DNA from: the human T2T-CHM13v2.0 reference genome, Homo sapiens
Reading direction: 5' to 3' (one strand)
Assembly: GCF_009914755.1 (NCBI RefSeq)
Contig: NC_060931.1
Length of the DNA stretch: 64,000 nucleotides
Both the position numbers and the translations under genes were made by a program. Below, in pieces: positions 45,690-58,515 of the stretch. The first letter of the stretch is position 1. Each line of letters starts with the position of its first letter. The notes under the pieces were generated by a model. The model saw only the letters and a program-made list of their open reading frames with translations. It was not told the origin of the DNA and did not search any database.

Positions 45690-46250
45690 CTAGTGCTGTC
45701 TAGTAGAAATATATGAGCCATGTAAGTAATTTTAAAACATTTTTGGCAGCCACATTGAAGAAACTAAAAATAGCAGGTGACATTTTAATAAGTACATTTT
45801 ATTTAACTCAATATATCCAAAATATTGTTTCAAAATATAATTAGCATAAAAATGTGAACAGGATAGTTTATATTTCCTTTTTAATATTGTCTTTGAAATC
45901 CAGTGTGTATATTAGACTTACAGCATATCTCCTTAGACTAGCCATATTTCAAGTGGGTATTGGCTATTGTATTCACTAGTGCAGCTCTAGACTTTGATTT
46001 CAGTTTACTTTATTTGTGAATATGTTGATTGAATTTGGAGCAAATTCAAGAGTCAGCAGTTTTTTTTTTGTAAAGGATCAGATGATGAGTATTTTACCAT
46101 TTTTAGGCCATACAGTTTGTTTTGCAGCTATTCAATTCTGCCAACATAGTGCAAAGCAGCCATAGACATAATGTGAATGAGTGTGTGTAGCTGTGATGCA
46201 GTAAACTTTATTTACTAAAACAGGCGGCTGTAATTTGCCAACCTCTGAGT
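45690..46250. mobile_element. hAT-Charlie MITEs (MER3/MER33-like ~45690-45990; MER58-like ~46050-46250)
   Basis: Recognisable terminal motifs (ctagtgctgtctagtagaaa; tgtaaaggatcagat...ttttaggccatac). Confidence 0.55.
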
Positions 46251-46609
46251 TAAACCATGAAGTTGAGGCTCTTGTAGAAGAACGTTTAAAACAGGAAACA
46301 TGCGCATGAAAAGATTAAACATTAAAACTACTAATGGTATATAAATGAATGTAGTGGTTATTTCAATAAGCAAATTGGCAAATTTGGTTGGGGTTATGGT
46401 GGGATATAGGCATAGAGAAGACTAGAGATTTGGAAATACGCGTAGGCAGATTAGGATGAAAATCTGCTCACGTGTATTCTCCATTTTTTTTGCCCTGTGG
46501 GCTTCTGCCTTATAAACCACTTATAAGCAAACACTTCAGATTGGATGAGTGGCAGCTGAAGGAATCTGACGTATTTGACTCCACCTGTTTCTTTGAAAGA
46601 ACAAGCTTC

Positions 46610-46870
46610 TGGTCAGGCATGGTGGCTCATGCCTGTAATCCCAACACTTTGGGAGACCTATGTGAGAGGATCGCCTGAGCCCAGGAGTTTGAGACCAGCC
46701 TTGGCAACAGTAAGACCTTGTCGCTACAAAAAAAAAAAAAAAATTAGCCAGGCATGGTGGTGCATGCTTGTGTTCCCAGCTATGTGGGAGGCTGAGGGTG
46801 GGAAGATTGCCTGGGCCCAGGAGATTGAGACTGCAGTGAGCTGAGATTGCACCAAACAAACAAACAAACA
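46610..46870 (+). mobile_element. Alu (3'-truncated, AluJ-like)
   Basis: Alu consensus. Confidence 0.82.
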
Positions 46871-47139
46871 AAGAGCTCCTATTTGTTTTAGTCTGTATAG
46901 TGAAAAAATATAGTTATATGGAATATTTTGATTCCAGGGGTTTGTTCACAAAGGCTGCTTCTCTTGTTTCTCAGGGTCAGTTTAAATTCAGTTCCTGTTC
47001 TATGCTGAGACTTTGATATTCATCATGATGTTCTTTGAACTGCTCTTTCAGAGTCTTTTTTCAGTCATCACGGATAATCATGTTCTTTCTAGCATTATTG
47101 AATATTTTGTTGGTATATTTCTTTAGAACATATATATAT

Positions 47140-48369
47140 ATTTAACATTTTATTTTGAAGAAACTTTGACTTACAGGAATGTTGCAAAATTAGTACAGAG
47201 GCTAGAATGTGGCTCTGTATACTCTTCACCCAGCTTCCTTTAATGCTAATGTGTTATATAACCACAGTACAGTGATCAAAGCCAGGGAATTAACATTAGT
47301 ACAATGCTATTAACTAAACTACAGCCCTTATTTAAATTTTAGCAGTTTTTTGTCTTTTTGTGTTCCAGGATCCAATACAGAATCCCAAATTGTATTTAGT
47401 TGTGTATCCTTGGTTTCCTTTAACCTCTGAATGTTCCTCAGTTTTTCCTTGTATTTCAAGACTTTTGACACTTCTGATGAATATTAGTTATTTTGTAGAG
47501 TATCTTTTAATTTGGGTTTGTTTGATGATTTCTTATGAATAGATTAGCAAGAGTTCCACAGAAGTGATATTGTAGTCCTCTCAATATATCATATTGGGGT
47601 TTCATGATGTGATATACCTTCTTATTGATGATAACCTTGATTCACTTGGGTAAGGTGGCAACTTCCAGGTTTTTTCGCTGTAAAGTTACTCTTTTCTTTT
47701 GTAATTAATTAATGTTTTAGGAGACTTATTGTGGCTGTCTAATCCAGTTTCTGTTCAACTTTTCACCCACGAATTTTATTGTTTATTGCTCTAGTGCTTG
47801 CCTAATGATGATTTTCTATTCCCCTCATTCCTTCCACATTTATTAATTGGAATTCTTCTGTAAGGAAGAGCTGTCTCTTCTCTGCCATTTATTTATTCAA
47901 TTATTTATATTAATATAAACTCAAGGATATTTATTCCGTGGGTTATAATCCTATGCTATCATAATTTATTTTGTTGTTTAAATTATTCAGCCTTGGCCAT
48001 TGGGACAAAGTTCACCAAAGAATACAGATTGGTACTTGTCCTTAAACGTCTCCTATTCTTTTTTTGAGCACTTTTTTTTTTTTTTTTTCAAGACAGGGTC
48101 TCCGTCACCAAGGCTAGAGTGCAGTAGTGTGCTCATGGCTCATTGCAGTCTCGAACTTCTGGGCTCAAGCAATCCTCCCACCTCATCTTCCTGTGTAGTT
48201 GGAACTATAGGTGCACACTACCATGCCCGGCTAATCTTTTGTATTATTTTTGTAGAGACAGGGTTTCACCACATTGCCAAGCTAGTCTCAAACTCCTGGG
48301 CTCAAAAATGATCCTCCCACCTCGGCCCTCCAAAGTGATGGGATTACAGGTGTGAGCCATCGCAACCTG

Positions 48370-48403
<34 letters not shown>

Positions 48404-48480
48404 CATTTCTTTACTTTCTGGCACCATCAAATGTCCCAGGATCATCTTTTATTTCCCAGTTTGAGCTCTGCAATCAAATC
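47140..48480 (-). mobile_element. Old L1M 3' fragment with reverse Alu (~48072-48370)
   Basis: L1M 3'UTR-like text; Alu consensus. Confidence 0.6.
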
Positions 48481-48750
48481 AATCTTTAAGGAATCCTTTC
48501 CATATGATTTAATTATATTTGGTATCTTGTTTGAATTCTACCTAATTTGAACACATTGGGAAGTAAACTTTTTCTATGGCCTAGTCTCATTTCTTATAAA
48601 TAACTCATTTAAATTATGAAAAAATACAGGCATAAGAAGTTGATTTAATTTCTAATGGCCTAAAATCTTTTATCATGCTTAGAACCCTCAAGCGTGTAAC
48701 ACTGTAAAATAATATTTTACTGTATCTTATACTATATCTAATCTTTCTAG

Positions 48751-48849
48751 AGTATCAATAGAAATAAGGATATCATGAAGATTGGTTGCTCACTGTCTGA
48801 AGTTTGCCCCCAGGCCAGTTCAGTTTTGGGGAATCTTGACCCAAACAAG
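48751..48849 (+). CDS. STK31: STK31 coding exon 4 (SINRNKDIMK...NLDPNK)
   Basis: tctttctag| acceptor; AAG|gtgagc donor; 99 nt, phase 0-0. Confidence 0.92.
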
Positions 48850-50419
48850 GTGAGCCATATTCTTGAATATAATTATTTCATTCCTCCTGTCAGCTTTCCT
48901 GTGTCTTAGAGATTTAGTTTTTGGAGTTCCTGGTATATTTGAAAAGAAGAGGCTGATTTTTGGAATTTGTATAAACTACTGTTATGGTATATTTATTAAT
49001 TCAAAAATACTTATGGACTGAATATTACTCAGTCTTGAAATTTGACGTAAGCTACAACATGGATGAATCTTCAGGACATTAGCTAAATAAGCCAGTCACA
49101 AGAGGACAAATACTGTTATGGTTCTACTTGTATGAAGTACTTAGAGTAGTCAAAATCATAGAGACAGAAAAAGTGAGTGATGGTTATCAGGGACTGGGGG
49201 AAGATTGAGGATGAGGAGTTATTGATTAATGGGTGTAGAGTTTCAGTTTTACAACATGAAAAGAGCTATGGAGATGGATGATGAATGGTGGCGAAGGTTG
49301 CAGAACAGTATGAATGTACTTAATGCCACTGAACTGTATACTTAACAATGGTCAAGATAGTCAATTTTATGTTATGTATAGTTTACTACAGTTAAAAATA
49401 GGAAAAGTAGAATTAAAAGCTACACTATTCTAGCCAAAAAAACAAAAGTGAAGAAAACGTATGTACTGTCTGCCATGTACCTGGCACTGTATTAAGCATT
49501 AAGTAAGTATGCAGTGGTGAACAAACTAGATTCCTTGCATTTGACTTTGATTCACAAAAAATTTGTAAGATGCATCTTTATGCAGAGCAATTTGGCTTTT
49601 TTCTTTTTTACTGAGTTATAACTTGTATACAGTAAGGTATATATCTCTTAAGATCCTAAGTATATAGCTTGGTGAGTTTTTACGTGTGTATGTATCCATG
49701 TAACCACCATCCAGATCAACATATGGTTCTATCATTTCAGAAAATTCCTTCGGGCCCCTTCTCAGTCAATTCTTAGTCAGTAGTTTCTCCATCAGAGGTA
49801 TAACCCTCATTTTGATACTATCACCATAGATTCGTATGTCTGTTCTTAAATCATGGAGTATGTAGTTTATTGTATGTATCTGGCTTCTTTTGTTCAACAT
49901 AATTTCTGAGATTCATTTATATTGTTGTGTGTATTAGTGTATTGGTAGTCTGTTCTTTTTTAAGCTATTTAACATTCATTGTATAAATATAACACAATTT
50001 ATTGATCTGTTCTCCTTTGATGGGCATTTGGATTTTTTGCAGTTTTTAACTACTCTGAATGAAACTGCCGTGAAATCCTTATATAAGTCTTCTGCTGGAT
50101 GTATTGACTCATTTCTTTTGCACATATATCTAGAGTAGAATTGCTAAATTGTAGGGTAGACATGTTTCTGCCAAAGTAGATACTGCCAAACAGCTTTGCA
50201 AAAGTGTTGAACCAATTTACATTCTTATCAGCAATTTATGAGAGTTATAGTTCCTCGATATCCTCACCAGCCCCCTGCTTTGCTAGTGTACTGAGGTTGT
50301 GTTTTAATATTTTTATTAGCCCTTTGGAAGGGGTCTTGTGAAGTACCTATTCACATCTTTTCCCCATTTTTAAATTAGGTTATTTGTCTTGATTGATTTG
50401 TAGGCATTCTGTATGTTTT

Positions 50420-53090
50420 TTTCACTTTAATTTTCATTTTTGTTTCTACCTCTTAAAGTCAATGATAAAGTCACAACTGTAAAATGAATGCATTTAAAAA
50501 ATAAAAGATATATTTCAATGACAAAAAGTATGCAATGATCATGAAAATCTACTGTACACTTTGCCAAGGCCAAAGAATGAAAGACAATATGAAAAAGCCA
50601 ATCTTCAAATATATCCTCAACAAAAACTCCCTCCTAAATAGTAAAATTATCATTTAAGAATATTTGTCTTTACACATCTAAACAGAAGCTCTAACCAAAA
50701 AAAAAGTGGGGGAAAGGGCAGATGATAACTCTCCACAAGTTTTCCAGATATAAACATGTGGTCACCAGGAATTCAAGATTAAACTTCTAAAGCAACATTT
50801 AACTCAAAATAAAGTGAACATTTCTGACAGGTGACAACAGTAGTATGAAACTGATTTTTCCTTTCCTAAATAGAAATGAGATGGGGCATTTCAGTAATCA
50901 TCTAAGAATAACTGTAGAAATACTCCCAATTCTACCACCCCACCCACTGGTATAAAACAGATACCTTCCATGAAAGTATCTTTCACATTACTGAAATATC
51001 CTCACTTACTTGGGACAATTTCATGCTTAGATGAGTATAAACACTTGTTTTTAGGTGTGTGGAATTATTGGAGCTGAGATTTTTGAAACAATATCTGAAT
51101 CTTAGCAGAGATATAATAATCCTTTCACTATACATTGATTGGGCTTCCTTAACCAAATCTGAGCAACTACTGTAATAACAATGCTGGTGGTAGTCCATGA
51201 TACTCTCAAATTTTTTCCCTTTAAGAAATATATAATCCATGTAATACTAGTAAATATGTTACATTGTACACCTTCTTAACAAAGAATGTCTGTTTTCAGG
51301 CCTTACTAGGAAAACAAACAAACAATGGCAGTTACTGCCTGTTTTTATCACTGATAAGCTACAATAAAGCTCAAATGATGGATGGTTTACGTGTGTGATA
51401 TTAAGTACAAAATGAAAGCCATTATAATTTTACCAAAAGAAACACGAAAAATATGGGAAGAAGTGAAATGAACATGGCATGGGTCCCAAAGATTACGATA
51501 TGTTTCAGAACAGGATTTTGAAAACAAACAATTTCTGTGAATATTTCTTATACTAGAAAGATCCAAAGCAAATCTAGGCAAGCTTAGCCCTACCTTGTCA
51601 AAGATAAATACTCAGATAAGTTGGAAGTTCCGTTTGCTAAAGTGCATCTGGGATCATATCTACCCTGCTACTTAGAGACAGCCAGGAAGGTGGCCATCAC
51701 TCATGCTCTTTCACTCTTTCTGTGTCTTTTCAAGAGTCACACGTAACAATTTTTTTTTCAAACCAAATGCTTTATATAGTGAACTACAGGAAAAACAATT
51801 CTAAATACACTTTTAAAATGCTAGAGAGTTAAGATAACCTCATTAAAGAAAAAATACTGAAAATGTAAAGGGTCCATACAAACTAAGAGCTGTATTAAGT
51901 GTATACTTTCTATTTTAATAATTCACTTGGCTGTGCTCTTAAAATGAGAGAAGCAGATATTTTACCCATGTCTTCTGGCAAGAGATTCAAAAGCAGAAGT
52001 AGCAGGACTGTAAAATTTCATAAAATTTGTGGGATTTTTTAAAGCTAAATTATTCAATATCTTGTACTGTTTTGTACCCATATATTACCCCGGAATATAT
52101 GTACAGCATCCCAGCAACAGTGACTGCAACAAAAGTAAGGTAAATAGGTCTACAAAGCATTTGATTTCCTTATTAGAGAAAGTTTTTATAGAGGAAATGC
52201 AAACAACTGCAATTCAGATCACATTATATAAGCTTGATGATTATTTAAACCTTATATAAAATTAAATCTAACCCTTACCACTACAAATCTGTAAGGAATC
52301 AGAAAAGGATTTATAGTACACAAGTCTTGATTACTGTTTCATTCCACTTTGATATCACTCTGAGCTAAAACAGCATTCTTCCAAGATTTAAAGAAAAATA
52401 GATTTTATAAAAGGGATTCTTTTACATTATTATTGTTACTGACAGAAACAAGTTTTGCTTTTTTCCACTATAATTCGCTCTGATGAAAGAAATAATTCTC
52501 TCTCTTAACTCCTAACAAACGCTACATTTTCAAGACTAAGGGAATTACTGGTGGCATTCTTTCTCCTTGATCTAAACTATTTGTCTCTAAAATATGTCAA
52601 GTAAGCTTTTAAAGATTCAGGAAGGGGCAGCGTTGTGATTTTTTTCTCAGTAAATTTTGAGGTGGCTCCTCTGGCTTCATTGCTTCACTGTGATCTTTTT
52701 CTTCCTCTTCTTTGTTATCTTCTTCCATTTTTTCATCCTCCTCTCTGTCCAGAGGCTGAGGAATAAGCTGATTACCCACAAATATGTATGTGTTAGTTCT
52801 CTGTTTAACTCTCTTTTTTTTTTCCTTTTGGGTGGAGCCCTTTGCGGAATCCCCTTGGCCTGCATCTCATCATTTATGAAATTTCTAAGTGTGCGTCGAA
52901 TGTAAATACAAGCCAAGCCCTGTGGATTCCTGACAGCACAGGGAGGGAGTCCCACAGAATCTGGTTTACCATTATCATTCTTACTTGGTTGCACAAGTGG
53001 AGCAAATGACACAATAAGGATATTTTTCCTTTCCCAAGTGTTTTGTCCAGTTCTGCGTTAACTGATCCTCTACAGGCATGATCCTCTACA
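50420..53090 (-). pseudogene. PCMTD1 pseudogene: 3' third of CDS (52577-~53080) plus ~2.1 kb presumed 3'UTR
   Basis: Minus strand encodes MPVEDQLTQ/RTGQNTW...SFAPLVQPSKNDNGKPDSVGLPPCAVR...IRRTLRNFINDEMQAKGIPQRAPPKRK/...MKPEEPPQNLLR...LPLPESLKAYLTYFRDK*, recognised as the PCMTD1 C-terminus, with frameshifts and no introns; low-coordinate boundary approximate. Confidence 0.88.
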
Positions 53091-54478
53091 TTCATTTGAT
53101 CTTCAATCAGTGATACCCTTTCTTCCACTTGATCAAATCAGCTACTGAAGCTTGTGCATGCATCACGTAGTTCTCGTGCCATGGTTCTCAGCTCCATCAG
53201 GTCATTAAGGACTTCTCTACACTGTTTATTCTAGTTAGCCATTCGTCTAATTTTTTTCAAGGTTTTTAGCTTCTTTGCAGTGGGTTTGAACATCCTCCTT
53301 TAGCTTGGAGAAGTTTGTTATTACCAATCGTCTGAAGCCTTCTTCTCTCAACTCATCAAAGTCATTCTCCATCCAGCTTTGTTCCGTTGCTGGCGAGGAG
53401 CTGCGTTCTTTTGGAGAAGAGGCGCTCTGATTTTTAGAATTTTCGGCTTTTCTGCTTTGGTCTCTCCCCATCTTTGTGGTTATATCTACTTTTTGTCTTT
53501 GATGATGGTGACGTACAGATGGGGTTTTGGTGTGGATGTCCTTTCTGTTTGTTAGTTTTCCTTCTAACAGTCAGGACCTTCACGTCCTCAGCTGCAGGTC
53601 TGTTGGAGTTTGCTGGAGGTCCACTCCAGACCCTGTTTGCCTGGGTATCACCAGCGGAGGCTGCAGAACAGCAAATATTGCGGAATGGCAGATGTTGCTG
53701 CCTGATCGTTCTTCTGGAAGCTTCGTCTCAGAGGGGCACCCGGCTGTATGAGGTGTCAGTCTGCCCCTACTGGGGGGTGCCTCCCAGTTAGGCTACTCGG
53801 GGGTCAGGGACCCACTTGAGGATACAGTCTGTCTGTTCTCAGATCTCAAAGTCTATGCTGGGAGAACCACTACTCTCTTCAAAGCTGTCAGACAGGGACG
53901 TTTAAGTCTGCAGAAGTTTCTGCTGCCTTTTGTTCAGCTATGCCCTGCCTCCAGAGGTGGAGTCTACAGAGGCAGGCAGGCCTCCTTGAGCTGTGGTGGG
54001 CCCCACCCAGTTCAAGCTTCCCGGTGGCTTTGTTTACCTACTCAAGCCTCAGCAGTGGCGGACGCCCCTCCCCCAGCCTCGCCGCCGCCTTGCAGTTCAT
54101 CTGAGACTGCTGTGCTAGCAGTGAGCGAGGCTCCGTGGGCATGGGACCCTCGGAGCCAGGCGTGGGATATAATCTCCTCGTATGCTGTTGGCTAAGGCTA
54201 TTGGAAAAGTGCAGTATTAGGGTGAGAGTGTCCCGAATTTCCCGGTACCATCTGTCATGGCTTCCCTTTGCTAGGAAAGGGAATTCTCTGACCCCTTGCA
54301 CTTCCTGGGTGAGGCGATACCTGCCCTGCTCCGTGGGCTGCACCCACTGTCTGACAAGCCCCAGTGAGATGAACCCGGTACCTCAGTTGGAAATGCAGAA
54401 ATCACCCGTCTTCTGCGTCGCTCACACTGGGAGCTTCAGACTGGAGCTGTTCCTATTCGGCCATCTTGGAACCTCTCT
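53091..54478 (-). mobile_element. L1PA 5' fragment: whole 5'UTR + start of ORF1 (ATG 53471)
   Basis: Reverse strand begins ggttccaagatggccgaataggaacagctcc (YY1 site); ORF1-like MGRDQSRKAENSKNQSASSPKERSSSPATEQSWMENDFDELREEGFRR. Confidence 0.92.
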
Positions 54479-55121
54479 CTCCTCTTTTCTTTATAAATCT
54501 TGATTTTACTTTTATTTGCTGAAACAGTCTAATGCCAATTCTCCTTTCTATATTAATGGAGAATGAGCATGCAGATAAGTGTCTCTATATGATTCCTTGA
54601 CAGATTTCTTTCAGAGACTATGTCTATAAAAATTAGCCCATCTGAGACCCATCATTGGAGCCAACTCATTCCTCAATTTTTAAAATTTTTTTTATGGGGG
54701 GATTACAGGTGTGAGCCACTGTGCCTGACCTATGACTGTGTTTAATATTGTTATAAATTAAGACATACTCCTTTTCTTCTATTGAATATAAAATTAATTA
54801 CCTTATCAAAAATTTAAACAAGTGTCAGTAATTAAGTGATTAATCAGCTACTTCTGATTGTTCATAAATGGATTATACTTTGTCAGTTTTCCTTAGTGAT
54901 CTAAATGGTTCTCTCCCTCTGCCACCATGTAGGAGGGTCATAGGCTATGAATAGTGGAGTTGTGGGAGGAGAAGATTGGGCCCAGGCACAATGAGAGTGA
55001 ATATATAGTTTTCACTATGTCATGAGAACAGATAAGTCTATCTGGGATAGATTTACATGTTTTGGTGGTTGTATTACACTAACAGAGCCACGAACTTCAG
55101 ATTCTTCACTTTGTTGAGTAC

Positions 55122-55763
55122 TGTTATACCTAGGCGAGTTAGAGAAACGCCACACTCTGAGACGAATTAAGAGTCCTTTATTTAAGCTGGCGGCCAAAGA
55201 GACGGCTAATGCTCAAAATTCTCTCGGCCCGGAGGAAGGGGCTTGATTAACTTTCATACCTTGGTTTAGGAAGGGGAGGGGAACTCAAATGCAGTAATTC
55301 TACAGAAGTAAAAACATGCAAGAATCAAAAGAAGCAAATGGTTACAGAGAGATAAACAATTTAAAAGACAAATGGTTACAAAAAGCAAGGTACCAGGTGC
55401 AGGGCTCTAAATCCTTCATTATAATTAGATATAAATGCTATGCCGGACAGGAACTCAAGGCTTTATGTTGTTATCTCTTTGAAAAAAATCCTGGGAACTT
55501 CATACATTGTTTGTGCCAGTACCTTATCAGTTAATTGGGCTCCTTTGAAATGCTGAGGATCTGCTTACACAGGTCAACTCCTTGCGGAAGGAGGTTGGGT
55601 AAGGAGCCCTTAGTGTCTTGTAAATTAAGGGGTCAATTGGAGTTTGTCCGGCTTTCCCAGCTAGAGAGAGTCTTACTTGAGAAGCAAGGCTAGGTGATTA
55701 AAGAGACAAACAGGACAAAATTTAAAGTAGCGAGTTAGAGTAAAAACAAGGTTAGGCATTACA
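55122..55763 (-). mobile_element. ERV1-class solo LTR, 642 bp
   Basis: TG...CA termini flanked by a perfect 4-bp TSD GTAC (55118-55121, 55764-55767); minus-strand AATAAA near 55180. Confidence 0.85.
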
Positions 55764-56524
55764 GTACCAGCTCTATTCTTGGACACAAGTGTTCCCAGCC
55801 CTGCCTTACCTGGTTTGCAATAAACCATTGCATATCTGTCGCTTACCTTATACCAAATTATTAATCATATTGTGATGTTATTACAAAGCCTTAATTAAAG
55901 ATGATGCAGTCTTTTGCAGGGATTGAAATTGGTTAGGACTGTTGATTGTCAGCTATTTTTGCTACTTACCCCTGTCTTCTTACCAGGGTTGAGAGAGAGT
56001 ACCGTACTATTACTGCTCTCTCTTGCCCTTTAGTTGTTTAATGTTAGCTGAAGAAACCGGAGTTAATTATGAATTGAATACACTTATCCTTTGTAGCTTT
56101 TGAATTGTTATTTATTTATTTGTTTGTCTGAATTTATGTGTTCTTTATTGTTTTGGTGAATAGGTTTGGTGTTTAGGTTTCATAAAATAAATCTGTGGAT
56201 TTGTCCTAGTTCAGAGTGATACATTGAAATTAATTTTATAATCCATAACTTAAAGCAGTATTCTTCAGCCATTTTTCTCATTATTCCCTCCTAAGGAGCA
56301 TTTTTAGACCTGTTTTCTCCCTAATGGCCTAATGGGCCTTCTCCCCTTCAGATATTTTAATACTACAGATATACAGTATATAATAACTATGTTATCAGTA
56401 GGGTTGAACTTTGGAGGGCTACAGACCATTGTAGTGTTTAAGATTTCCAACTCTCCATAAGGACCACTTTTATTCCCCTTAGGGATATTGCCCCAGTTGA
56501 GAATGTATGATTTAAAGCTGTTAA

Positions 56525-56822
<298 letters not shown>

Positions 56823-56869
56823 AGTAGTTATCAGCCTGCAGTGATTTTTGTATCCTTCCCAATCCAATC

Positions 56870-57440
56870 ATGGCTTACTTCATTTTTGTTACTGTAAAGA
56901 AATACCTGAGACTGGGTAATTTATAAAGAAAAGAGGTTTATTTGGCTCATGGTTCTGTAGGCTGTACAAAAAGCATAACTCCAACATAGTATAGTTGAGA
57001 GTTAGACTTAAGTGGCATGTACTTCGCATGTTTATGTTTTAAAAAAATTATACCAATTATGTCTTCAGACATTAAAATAGTATGATTTTAAGTGTTTGAT
57101 GCCTGTGTCTTCTAAAAAAAGTCTTTTTGCTTTTTATACAACTCTAACAAGGGACTCAGGGTGCTTCCACAAATATTAGAAGGTGAAGAGGAGCCAGTGT
57201 CTGTAGATTACATGGTGAGAGAGGAAGCAAAGGGAGGAAGAGGTGCCAGGCTCTTTTCAACAACCAGTTCTCTTAGGAACTATGAGTGAAAACTCATTCA
57301 CTTCCACGAGAATGGCACCAAGCCATTTTTAGGGATCTGCCTCTACTATCCAATCACCTCCTACCAGGCCCCCCTCCAACATTGGGAATCAGATTTTAAC
57401 ATGAGATTTGGTGGATGATATCCAAATGATATCCATCTAA
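56870..57440 (-). mobile_element. MST/MaLR LTR interrupted by a 150-bp local duplicate
   Basis: aaagaaatacctgagactgggtaatttataaagaaaagaggtttatttggctcatggttct...caatcacctcctaccaggcccc. Confidence 0.75.
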
Positions 57441-57667
57441 ATCATAGACACCTTCAGGAGACATTTGACAGTGTTTGGAGACGTTTTTGCTTGTCACAAC
57501 TGGAAGTGGTGCTACTGGCATCTAGTGTCTAGAGGCCAGAAGGGATGTTGGTAAATATCTTACAATGCACAGGACAGAGGACAGCCCCACTCTGCCACTC
57601 AACACAGACTCATCTGGTCCCAAGTGCCAGTAGTGCTAAGGCTACTTTGAAGTTCGAGAAAATGAAA

Positions 57668-57703
57668 GCCAGCCTGGGCAACATGGTGAGACCTTGCCTC
57701 TAC

Positions 57704-57738
<35 letters not shown>

Positions 57739-57910
57739 ACTTAGCCCAGGCGTGGTGGTGCGTGCCCATGTTCCCAGCTACCGTGGGGACTGAGGTGGGA
57801 GGATCACTTGAGCTTGGAGAGGTTGAGTCAGCAGAGAGCCATGACTGCTGCACTGCACTCCAGGCCTGGCGACAGAATGAGACCCTGTCTCAAAAAAAAA
57901 AAAAGAAAAG
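57668..57910 (+). mobile_element. 5'-truncated Alu, preceded by a MER20-like fragment (~57455-57650)
   Basis: Alu consensus; gctactggcatctagtg..tagaggccag MER20-like text. Confidence 0.75.
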
Positions 57911-58515
57911 AAAATGATTGAAAGTACATAAATTTTCTCTTTATTCTTTTATTAAACATCATTCAATTGAGATATAAAATAAAGTACAGTATTAAAGATA
58001 TTATCTAATTTAGTTTTATCTACTTAATAGGACTAATGTCCTTATACGTAAAGTAAAAAGTATGAAATCTTTCTTGCTTGGTAGGAAATATGAATTCCAC
58101 TATAGTTGAGAGTTAGACTTACGTGGCATGTACTTGCCATGTTTATGTTAAAAAAAATTGTACCAATTATCGCCTCAGATATTATAATAGTGTGATTTTA
58201 AGTGTTTGATGCTTGTGCCTTAAAAAATTTTTTTTTTTGCTTTTTATACCCCTCCCTCCTCATTTTGGAGATGCAGAATAGCATAATGAACTCTGAAGTC
58301 AGAAGTTTGAATCTTGGTTCTGCAGTTTACTAGTTTATGTCTTTGGATACATAGTGGCATAAACAAAGTACCTGCCTGATAGGATTGTGAGAATTAAATG
58401 AGTTATATATAAAGTACTTATTGACATATAGGAAGAGCTTAAATGCTAACCTTTATTCTGATCTGTTCACCATGCTTTAAATGCCAAGTAATTTTGCTTT
58501 CTTTTCTCTTTGTAG

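Noticed and set aside
52874-53128. ORF crossing the L1-PCMTD1 junction as a fusion protein
   Set aside because: Upstream ORF1 is broken near 53247 and the PCMTD1 part is read out of frame
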